In this document: positions 8,630 to 16,061 of the stretch, in pieces | Position numbering within the stretch: position 1 is the first letter of the stretch | Layout of the letters: every line of letters begins with the position of its first letter | Assembly: GCA_039809905.1 (NCBI GenBank) | Contig: JBDHVY010000001.1 | Coordinates: forward strand, 630,001-662,000 | Direction: 5' to 3' | Source of the DNA: Candidatus Babelota bacterium | GTDB taxonomy: Bacteria > Babelota > Babeliae > Babelales > Vermiphilaceae | Length of the DNA: 32,000 nt | Position numbers and translations under genes: made by a program | Notes under the pieces: model-generated | Databases searched by the model: none | Told to the model about the DNA's origin: nothing | Seen by the model: the letters and a program-made list of their open reading frames with translations, nothing else

Positions 8630-9214
8630 ATGAATAAGAAAATTATGATAGTATTCAGTTTAATGATTGTTTCACCAGCGCAGCTATTGTTCTCATATCA
8701 AAGTCGAGATATTCGCAGCGATTTAAAGTTTAAATATGAAAACAATCTACTGAATGAATGTCAGCTATCTGAAGAAGTTTTCGATTTTATTGACGTATTA
8801 GATCGTGATATCAATATTATGGAAGAGCATAAAGCGAATATAGAACGTTTAGTAGATAAGAATAAGGGCTATTTTAGACGAAGTGTTGTTCCTTTCTTAA
8901 AGACAGTGTGGACAACTAAGTTAGCTACTCTTTCAGTAGCAATGGCTTTTGTTGCTTCAATGCCTTCTGAAATGATTAATCAAATAGAAGTTGCATCAAC
9001 GAAAGCATTATTGACTGATCTGCAACCTATTGCGCCTTATTTATCAGGAGCTTTAGCTCTTTGGTTTCTTAAGAATTTTTGTTCCAGGTACGGATATTAT
9101 GGCAAGCTTGATGCAGATCTTATGAGGTTGAAAACAAAAATTAATCGCGACAAGCTGATTATTGCAAAACTTAAAGAGCTCAAATATAATTTTGTATCTC
9201 AAAATGGTATTTAA
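8630..9214 (+). CDS. Hypothetical exported protein: signal + helical region + bilobed hydrophobic domain + C-terminal coiled coil
   Basis: 194 aa. MNKKIMIVFSLMIVSPAQ signal-like N-terminus. Hydrophobic pair LATLSVAMAFVASM / IAPYLSGALALWFL. C-terminal KLDADLMRLKTKINRDKLIIAKLKELK. Confidence 0.55.
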   Translation: MNKKIMIVFSLMIVSPAQLLFSYQSRDIRSDLKFKYENNLLNECQLSEEVFDFIDVLDRDINIMEEHKANIERLVDKNKGYFRRSVVPFLKTVWTTKLATLSVAMAFVASMPSEMINQIEVASTKALLTDLQPIAPYLSGALALWFLKNFCSRYGYYGKLDADLMRLKTKINRDKLIIAKLKELKYNFVSQNGI

Positions 9215-9240
9215 AAATAATCTATAAGTGAGGATTCTTT

Positions 9241-9837
9241 ATGAACAAAAACATGATGATTTTGGCAAGTTTAGTTATCTGCAGCGTATATGGTACTGCA
9301 GTAAGTTTTAATCAAGAATACAAAGATATTCTCTATGCTCTTGATGAACTTGATCAAGATTTTGCCTCTGTTCCCATGATCACTGAAAACATTAATATGT
9401 TTATTGGTGTAGTTCACATGAATATGCAAATGACTGAAAAAAAGTTGCTTGCTGCTACAAAAGCGAGAAATAAAGCATTGCTTTACGCTGTTGCTGCTAC
9501 AGTGGGCAACGCTGGTGTTCTTGTGGTTGTAAATATGATTGGCAATAAGATTCGCTATTCAAATACAAGCTTAGTAAGCCATGCAATGCTCAGCAATATG
9601 GATGATTTATTTAGGAGCTTAGTGCGTAGTGCAGCTTCAGCGGTAACCAGCTTTTATGCGGTAGCTAGCATTTATGATGCTTTCAAAGCTTATAACACAT
9701 TGAAAGAATCATTAGAATTAGACGCCAAAATTATGGATAAATTACAAGATTTAAGAGAATCTTTGGCATATGCTGCAGCTGATGAAAATACAGGCTCAGT
9801 TGGCGACAATTTATTAAACAGCTCCGTGCAGGGCTAA
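9241..9837 (+). CDS. Hypothetical exported protein, architectural paralogue of 8630-9214
   Basis: 198 aa. MNKNMMILASLVICSVYG signal-like N-terminus. Hydrophobic pair ALLYAVAATVGNAGVLVVVNMIG / SAASAVTSFYAVASIY. C-terminal ELDAKIMDKLQDLRESL. Confidence 0.55.
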   Translation: MNKNMMILASLVICSVYGTAVSFNQEYKDILYALDELDQDFASVPMITENINMFIGVVHMNMQMTEKKLLAATKARNKALLYAVAATVGNAGVLVVVNMIGNKIRYSNTSLVSHAMLSNMDDLFRSLVRSAASAVTSFYAVASIYDAFKAYNTLKESLELDAKIMDKLQDLRESLAYAAADENTGSVGDNLLNSSVQG

Positions 9838-9850
9838 TTATATTGCATAT

Positions 9851-9879
9851 TTGACAGTTTGTAAAAAAACTGCTATCAT
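9851..9879 (+). promoter_or_regulatory. Sigma-70-like promoter upstream of the DEAD-box helicase gene
   Basis: TTGACA (9851-9856), a 17-nt spacer, then TATCAT (9874-9879), about 80 nt upstream of ATG 9961. Confidence 0.45.
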
Positions 9880-9960
9880 TCAATAAACGACAAAGAGACC
9901 TTTCTATTGTTGTGTTTTGATAGCAGTTTATTTATTTTTTTTATTATTTGTGAGACGTAT

Positions 9961-11649
9961 ATGAGTATACAAGCATTGGGTGTTGATTCACGCATAGTGA
10001 AGGCAGTTTCTGAATTAGGTTTTACCCAACCAACAGCAATTCAGGAAAAAGCGATCCCTCTTCTTTTACAAGGAGATAGGGACCTTATAGGTTTGGCACA
10101 AACGGGTACCGGTAAAACGGCTGCGTTTGGGTTGCCATTGATTTCAGCTGTTATGGATGGTGAAACTCAGGGATTGGTCATATGCCCAACACGCGAGCTT
10201 TGTCTGCAAATAACAAAAGAACTGACAGCTTATTCAAAATATATCGATGGTTTTAATGTGGTTGCTGTTTATGGTGGTGCTGATATAAGAATGCAAATAC
10301 GTGACATTAAACGTGGCGCGAACATTATTGTTGGTACTCCTGGTAGATTAATTGATCATATCAACCGAAGAACTATAACTTTAGATCGTATTAGTCGTGT
10401 GGTTTTGGATGAAGCTGATCAAATGTTGGATATGGGTTTCCAAGAAGATATTGATGAGATTCTAAAATCTACGCCAAAAGATAAAAAAGTATGGTTGTTT
10501 TCTGCAACTATGCAACCTAAAATTGAAAAAATAGCGCATACATACATGCACAATCCACTACAAATTACTGTTGGATCACGTAATAGTGGTGCAACAAATA
10601 TTGAACATCAGTATTGTATTGTGAGAAATGCTGATGTATATAGCGCGGTAAGACGCTTTATTGATCTATATCCAGATATGTTTGGTATCGTGTTTTGCAG
10701 AACAAAGCGTGATACGCAGGAAATGAGCGCACAGCTTATCAATGCAGGATATAGCTCTGATGCTCTTCATGGTGATTTATCTCAGCCACAGCGTGATGCA
10801 GTGATGAAGAAATTTAGAGATAAAAAAATTCAAGTTTTAATAGCAACAGACGTTGCAGCTCGTGGTATCGATGTTGATGGTGTTACTCACGTATTGCATT
10901 GCAACTTACCTGACGACATTGAAAATTATACTCACCGAAGTGGTCGTACAGCTCGTGCAGGTAAATCTGGTGTTTCAATTATTATTGGTACATCATTAAG
11001 AAAAATTAAATTTATTGAACAGCAACTTGGTATTACCGTTAAGCCTATTCAGGTACCGACTGGTGACCAATTATGTCAAAAGCAATTAGATTATTTTTCA
11101 CAAAAATTAATAGAAACTCCTGTTGATGCTATTGTAAAACCATATATTGCTGCAGTACAAGAATCATTGGCAGCATTGACTAAAGAAGAAATTATTGAAC
11201 GTATGTTATCTCTCAATTGTGGTGAAATGTTGCATCATTACAAACAATCACACAATTTGAATGTATCTTCATCTTCTTATGAATCCTCATCACGTGATCG
11301 TAATGGCCGTAGTGGTCGTGATAGTCGCGATAGCAGAGGACGCAGAAGTAATGCGGATAGTTTCTCTTCAGGATCAAGAAGCCGTTATGGCAATGGTGGT
11401 GGCAGAGATGAAGCGCGATTATTTATCAACGTGGGTAAAATTGACCGCATGAATAAAGAAAGCTTAATTCATTTTATTGCAACATCAGCATCAGTTGATG
11501 GATCATGCGTCAGCCGTATTTCTATGCAAAATACTCGTTCATTCTTTACAGTAGAAGATAGCAGAAAAGCTCAAGCAATTGTGCGATCTTTAAAAGATTC
11601 TATGTTGGGAAACAGAAGAATTCAGATTGAGTTTGAACCAAATAACTAA
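9961..11649 (+). CDS. DEAD-box ATP-dependent RNA helicase with RS/RG-rich linker and DbpA-type C-terminal RNA-binding domain
   Basis: Motifs AQTGTGKT, PTRELC, TPGRL, DEAD, SAT, ATDVAARGID and HRSGRTARAG. The C-terminal LFINVGKIDRMNKESLIHFI...SFFTVE is DbpA-domain-like. The track ORF starts at TTG 9907, but ATG 9961 (MSIQALGV) is the likely start. Confidence 0.9.
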   Translation: MSIQALGVDSRIVKAVSELGFTQPTAIQEKAIPLLLQGDRDLIGLAQTGTGKTAAFGLPLISAVMDGETQGLVICPTRELCLQITKELTAYSKYIDGFNVVAVYGGADIRMQIRDIKRGANIIVGTPGRLIDHINRRTITLDRISRVVLDEADQMLDMGFQEDIDEILKSTPKDKKVWLFSATMQPKIEKIAHTYMHNPLQITVGSRNSGATNIEHQYCIVRNADVYSAVRRFIDLYPDMFGIVFCRTKRDTQEMSAQLINAGYSSDALHGDLSQPQRDAVMKKFRDKKIQVLIATDVAARGIDVDGVTHVLHCNLPDDIENYTHRSGRTARAGKSGVSIIIGTSLRKIKFIEQQLGITVKPIQVPTGDQLCQKQLDYFSQKLIETPVDAIVKPYIAAVQESLAALTKEEIIERMLSLNCGEMLHHYKQSHNLNVSSSSYESSSRDRNGRSGRDSRDSRGRRSNADSFSSGSRSRYGNGGGRDEARLFINVGKIDRMNKESLIHFIATSASVDGSCVSRISMQNTRSFFTVEDSRKAQAIVRSLKDSMLGNRRIQIEFEPNN

Positions 11650-11677
11650 AATTATTCTTAAATAATTAGATGGCAGT

Positions 11678-11712
11678 AAAAAAGAGACATGAATTTTTTC
11701 ATGTCTCTTTTT
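11678..11712. terminator. Bidirectional-looking intrinsic terminator after the helicase gene
   Basis: AAAAAAGAGACATGA (11678-11692), loop ATTTTT, TCATGTCTCTTTTT (11699-11712). Perfect stem flanked by an A-run and a T-run. Confidence 0.7.
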
Positions 11713-11821
11713 ATTATCTATAAATTAATGTTTTTGTCAGTTACTTATAAAATAAAACGTTTTTGTTATACTATCAAAGAATAGTTTATAAATAAATTGC
11801 GAAAAACATAAGTGGTAAACC

Positions 11822-12679
11822 ATGAATATTAAAAAATTAGTTAGTATTACATTCTTGATTTCAGCAATACATATTCATGTTAATGCGATGACAGAACGTC
11901 AGGCTGATGCTCTTTCCATATTAACGTTAGTTGGGACGGGTTGTGTGTTCAAAGATACTGATCCATATATTCTGGGCTCGGCAGCAATGACTATGGCACT
12001 TATTAGCCATTGTTGTTTAGCGTCCTTTAGGCCTTCTGGTAAATTGTATGACGCAGCAAATTTATTGAATGGCGAAGGAAAAAGTGAATTAACGGAAACT
12101 TTTCTTGATACATATGAAAAATTTAGAGAAAGTGATACAACGAGCGAACAGCTTGAAAGATGGATTACTCGGCTTTACCCAAGTATTCCTGATAAAAACC
12201 CCTATCCTTTTGTAACGGCTATGCTTAGTCTTGATGCTTATAGTCCTAATGTGCTTAAGGCGCAAAAACTCATTCAATCGGTGCCAAATTTGATTAATAG
12301 TAAACAAGAACCTAATTTATGGAAAGAATATGATTATTTACAAAATAAAGCGGCAACAATTTGGAGTAATATTGGAGAAGCTCGTTCGATAATTTCTAAT
12401 ATGGAACAATACAAACAGCAGCTAGAGCTTTATCGACAATTTAAAGAAAAATCTGAAGAGCTTGCCTTACAGCGTAAGAATTTGGAGTTAGAAGAAAAAA
12501 GGGTATGTTTAGAAAAACAAGCTGCTGATATTAAAGCGCAAAAAGCAAAAGCTACATCTGCACAAGCGAGTGCTCTAAATAATATTTTCCGTTTAAAACT
12601 TGCTAAATGGTTGTTTACAAAATCAAATATTGCTTATTTTTCTATATTTTTGCTGTGTGGATATGTTTTAACGCAATAG
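11822..12679 (+). CDS. Hypothetical exported/membrane protein: signal + two TM + long coiled coil + C-terminal tail anchor
   Basis: 285 aa. Signal-like MNIKKLVSITFLISAIHIHVNA. Hydrophobic pair LSILTLVGTGCVF / ILGSAAMTMALISHCCLA. About 70 aa of heptad-like sequence (EQYKQQLELYRQFKEKSEELALQRKNLELEEKRVCLEKQAADIKAQKAKA). Terminal TM IAYFSIFLLCGYVL. Paralogue of 13531-14262. Confidence 0.6.
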   Translation: MNIKKLVSITFLISAIHIHVNAMTERQADALSILTLVGTGCVFKDTDPYILGSAAMTMALISHCCLASFRPSGKLYDAANLLNGEGKSELTETFLDTYEKFRESDTTSEQLERWITRLYPSIPDKNPYPFVTAMLSLDAYSPNVLKAQKLIQSVPNLINSKQEPNLWKEYDYLQNKAATIWSNIGEARSIISNMEQYKQQLELYRQFKEKSEELALQRKNLELEEKRVCLEKQAADIKAQKAKATSAQASALNNIFRLKLAKWLFTKSNIAYFSIFLLCGYVLTQ

Positions 12680-12809
12680 ATTCGCAACAAAATCAAGGAT
12701 AATCATCGATACTTTTAAAGAGTTTATTTGGAATTTTTATTATCAGCATAAAAGAGATTTTGCCTGGCGCAATATTGATAATCCTTATTACATTGTTGTT
12801 TCAGAAATT

Positions 12810-13502
12810 ATGTTGCAGCAAACGCAGACACATCGTGTTATTGCAAAATATGAAGAATTTATTGGAGCATTTTCCAATTTTGAGACTTTAGCCCATTCAT
12901 CATTGCAAGATGTGCTTTCTGTATGGCAAGGTCTAGGATATTATCGACGTGCACGATTTTTACATCAATTAGCGCAAAAAATAGTGAACGAATATAACGG
13001 CATTTTACCTTCAGATCCGAAAATATTACAAACATTGCCGGGTATTGGTCCAAATACTGCGGGATCAATTTGTGCATTTGCCTTCAATCAACCGGTGATA
13101 TTTATAGAAACAAATATTAGAGCCGTATTTATTGATAGCTTTTTTAAAAATAAAGATGTAGTCAGTGATAAGGAATTATTGCCATTGATTGCGGCAGCAT
13201 TGGATCAGAATAATCCTCGAGAATGGTATTATGCTCTGATGGATTATGGTGTATTTTTAAAATCTCATAAAAAAAATCCAAGCCGAAAAAGTGCTCATTA
13301 TACAAAACAATCAAAATTTGAGGGTTCTGATAGGCAAATACGGGCAAAGATTTTGAAATATATTGTGAAGAAAGGTTCTGTTTCTTATCAGGATATAACT
13401 TTGCATATTGCAAAAGATGTTGATAGAGTTCAAAAAATTATAGAGCAATTACTGAATGAAGGCTTCATTAAAATAGTTGATGATCTTTACGTGATTACAT
13501 AA
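12810..13502 (+). CDS. MutY-like HhH-GPD DNA glycosylase without Fe-S cluster Cys and without the MutT-like C-terminal domain; the conserved N-terminus extends upstream of the first ATG
   Basis: SEIMLQQTQT, GLGYYRRAR, HhH LPGIGPNTAGSI and ALMDYG (catalytic Asp context) align with the E. coli MutY core. The frame is open back to 12672 and encodes FKEFIWNFYYQHKRDFAWRNIDNPYYIVVSE, but that stretch contains no ATG, GTG, TTG or CTG. Confidence 0.8.
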   Translation: MLQQTQTHRVIAKYEEFIGAFSNFETLAHSSLQDVLSVWQGLGYYRRARFLHQLAQKIVNEYNGILPSDPKILQTLPGIGPNTAGSICAFAFNQPVIFIETNIRAVFIDSFFKNKDVVSDKELLPLIAAALDQNNPREWYYALMDYGVFLKSHKKNPSRKSAHYTKQSKFEGSDRQIRAKILKYIVKKGSVSYQDITLHIAKDVDRVQKIIEQLLNEGFIKIVDDLYVIT

Positions 13503-13530
13503 AAACTAAATTATCTAAAGAATTTTAAGG

Positions 13531-14262
13531 ATGATAAAAATGTTGAAAAATATAAAAACATTTTCTTTATTGATTGTTTTAGCCAATTGTTTTCCTATCC
13601 ATGCTATACAAAATTCAACGGCAAATATAGGTACAGCATTGGTCGCTTCCTTTTGTGTTGGAAGTAGTTATATGGTAACCAGAAAAGGATTTCCTTATAA
13701 AATGCCACCATTGTCCATGGTAGGAGCATCAATTATAACAACTGCAGCAGCATACCATCTTTTTCATCGATTAACGCCTTTAGGAAGAATTAAGCGAGCT
13801 AATATATTATTGGCAGAAGTTGCGCGCCATACATTAGCAAATACAATCTTTGAAGATGAGAACCTATTTTTTGATACGGTTCAAGATGTTTACTTAACTA
13901 ATGATTTACCGCTGATCAGTGCGTATAACCATCTTATTTCATTAGTACCTGTTGTTCATCATATACTAAGTCTTATTAATAAAGCCTCTGCTCAAATACA
14001 CCAAGATGCTTTATTACAGGAAGAATGTGATGCTTCATTATCGCGTGCAAATAAAATTTTTAAAAATATATCCGATGCAATTAAACGTATTCGTGAACAT
14101 AAAAATTATTTACCGCAATTGACACTTTATAAAGAAAGTTTAACCCAAGAAAAGCAGACAATTGCACAGGAACAAATGGCTCTTGCTCAGCTACAAATGG
14201 CCAATGCGCAACAAAGTAATACGTTGTTAAATTGGTTGAAAGCATTATTTGGAAGAAAATAA
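13531..14262 (+). CDS. Hypothetical exported/membrane protein, paralogue of 11822-12679
   Basis: 243 aa. Signal-like N-terminus, hydrophobic pair IGTALVASFCVGSSYMV / LSMVGASIITTAAAYHLF. Collinear similarity to 11822-12679: TPLGRIKRANILL vs RPSGKLYDAANLL, NISDAIKRIREHKNYLPQLTLYKE vs NIGEARSIISNMEQYKQQLELYRQ, and a Q/A-rich coiled coil. Confidence 0.6.
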   Translation: MIKMLKNIKTFSLLIVLANCFPIHAIQNSTANIGTALVASFCVGSSYMVTRKGFPYKMPPLSMVGASIITTAAAYHLFHRLTPLGRIKRANILLAEVARHTLANTIFEDENLFFDTVQDVYLTNDLPLISAYNHLISLVPVVHHILSLINKASAQIHQDALLQEECDASLSRANKIFKNISDAIKRIREHKNYLPQLTLYKESLTQEKQTIAQEQMALAQLQMANAQQSNTLLNWLKALFGRK

Positions 14263-14272
14263 TAACAATTTT

Positions 14273-14301
14273 GCAGAGAGGTTTTACCTCTCTGCTTTTT
14301 T
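14273..14301 (+). terminator. Intrinsic terminator
   Basis: GCAGAGAGG (14273-14281), loop TTTTA, CCTCTCTGC (14287-14295), then TTTTTT (14296-14301). It abuts the stop of the convergent ORF 14304-14564. Confidence 0.7.
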
Positions 14302-14303
14302 AT

Positions 14304-14564
14304 TTATAATCTTGCTCGAATGTCTGTCCGAGTTGATGACGTGTCTGTAACGAGAGTATTGCTGTTTTGATTTCCTTCTTCTTTTTTTTCATGTGAAGAA
14401 AGATGCTTTCCACCTAAAGCTCTTACCATTTGTTCATACTTTTTCGCATCATCTTCCCATTGCTTTTTTTGTTCTGGTGTAGGATTGCTTGGTTTTTGTG
14501 CTGTAGTTATATAATTGGTTGCTACAAATAAACTTAATATTGTTGCATAGGTAATATGTTTCAT
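14304..14564 (-). CDS. Small hypothetical exported protein
   Basis: 86-aa ORF. Signal-like MKHITYATILSLFVATNYITTA followed by a charged, low-complexity mature region. Lies 16 nt downstream of the photolyase gene. Confidence 0.4.
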   Translation of the reverse strand: MKHITYATILSLFVATNYITTAQKPSNPTPEQKKQWEDDAKKYEQMVRALGGKHLSSHEKKEEGNQNSNTLVTDTSSTRTDIRARL

Positions 14565-14580
14565 TCATTCTCCTCAATTA

Positions 14581-15969
14581 TTATTGTTTGTGAGAGTTTT
14601 TCTTCAATTCTTGTCTGATTAATTGTGCAAATTTATTACTGTGTTCAACAATAGGGCGGGGATAGGTTTTGATGTCAGGACTATTTTCTTTAAACCATGT
14701 GTGTATAGTTTTGTTTTCATAAGATTCCAGTTCGGGAATCCATTTTTTTATGTAGATGCATTCAGGATCATATTTTTTTTGTTGTAACCAAGGGTTAAAA
14801 ATCCTAAAATAAGGCTGTGCATCGCAACCAGTTGAAGCGCACCACTGCCAATTGCCATTATTAAGGGCTGGATCATAATCAATGAGTTTTTGTGCAAAAT
14901 ATTTTTCTCCCCATTGCCAATCAATATATAAATCTTTAACTAAAAAAGATGCAACAATCATGCGTACACGATTGTGCATAAAGCCAGTGGTATTGAGTTG
15001 GCGCATGCCTGCATCAATTATAGGAAAACCGGTTTTGCCTTGGCACCACAAGGTAAATAATTTTTTATCATTATTCCATGTTAGTGAATCATATTTTTTT
15101 TGGTACGCATGCCCAAAAACTTTTGGCATATGAAACGCAATATGAGTGAAAAAATCACGCCAATAAAATTGTCGTATTAATGGGTGATTCTTGCTAAGTT
15201 TTTCAATGACAGCGTCATAAGCTTGGCGTATGGAAATAGTGCCAAATTTAAGATGAGCAGAAAGCAGAGATGTTTGTATACTTGGGTAATTGTGATCATG
15301 ATTATAATTTTTTAGTGTGATCAATTGTGTCAGTAACTTGAGTGCATAATGAGTTCCCCCATGACTAGCAATTTGGTCATTAAAAGTGTGTAATATTTTT
15401 TTAAATTCTGTAGTGTTGAGGGTGTATTTTATATTTCCCGAAAACCAATGACCTTTGTATAGTTTTTGTGGTTGCAGAACTGGCAATTGTATCGCTTTTT
15501 TATAAAATGCGGTAAAAATAGAATAATGGGTACCATCTTTTTTGAGTATTGCTTCAGGTTCATTAAGAAGGGCATCAGCACTTTGTTCACATACAATATT
15601 CTGTGTTTTGCAAATATGAGCAATTGCCGCATCACGTTTTTTGCTAAATGGCGTGTAATCTCGATTAAAAAAAACAGCATCAATAGTATGTGATGAAAGC
15701 AATTTTTCAACAATTTCTTCTGATTTACCGTAAAAAAGATAGAGGCGGGTTTTATGCTTCTGTAATTCTTTATCCAAATCAGCAAGAGATTCTAGCATAA
15801 ATTGGATAGCATTATCACTTTTATACATATTATTATCCTCAATTTGGCGAGGATCAAAAATAAAACAGGGAATAACCTGTTCTGATTGTTTAAGAGCATT
15901 ATTAAGGCCGATATTATCAATAAGACGTAAATCACGTCTAAAGATGAATAGAGATGTTGAAAGCTTCAT
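14581..15969 (-). CDS. phr: Deoxyribodipyrimidine photolyase / cryptochrome family
   Basis: N-terminal FIFRRDLRLIDNIGL. FAD-binding region WRDFF, TGFPIIDAGMRQL, TGFMHNRVRMIVASFLVKDL, DWQWGEKYF and NNGNWQW. Confidence 0.9.
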   Translation of the reverse strand: MKLSTSLFIFRRDLRLIDNIGLNNALKQSEQVIPCFIFDPRQIEDNNMYKSDNAIQFMLESLADLDKELQKHKTRLYLFYGKSEEIVEKLLSSHTIDAVFFNRDYTPFSKKRDAAIAHICKTQNIVCEQSADALLNEPEAILKKDGTHYSIFTAFYKKAIQLPVLQPQKLYKGHWFSGNIKYTLNTTEFKKILHTFNDQIASHGGTHYALKLLTQLITLKNYNHDHNYPSIQTSLLSAHLKFGTISIRQAYDAVIEKLSKNHPLIRQFYWRDFFTHIAFHMPKVFGHAYQKKYDSLTWNNDKKLFTLWCQGKTGFPIIDAGMRQLNTTGFMHNRVRMIVASFLVKDLYIDWQWGEKYFAQKLIDYDPALNNGNWQWCASTGCDAQPYFRIFNPWLQQKKYDPECIYIKKWIPELESYENKTIHTWFKENSPDIKTYPRPIVEHSNKFAQLIRQELKKNSHKQ

Positions 15970-16061
15970 TATTATTTTTATTTATTAAAGAGGTTTATTT
16001 TTTCATGAGCTTATCGAGTATCAAAATATAAGTACAATTAAATTTTGTTATCATAGGTTTT

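Noticed and set aside
11261-11452. 63-aa alternative-frame ORF inside the helicase gene
   Set aside because: It is an artefact of the repetitive RS/RG-encoding tract, and the helicase frame is continuous and conserved on both sides.
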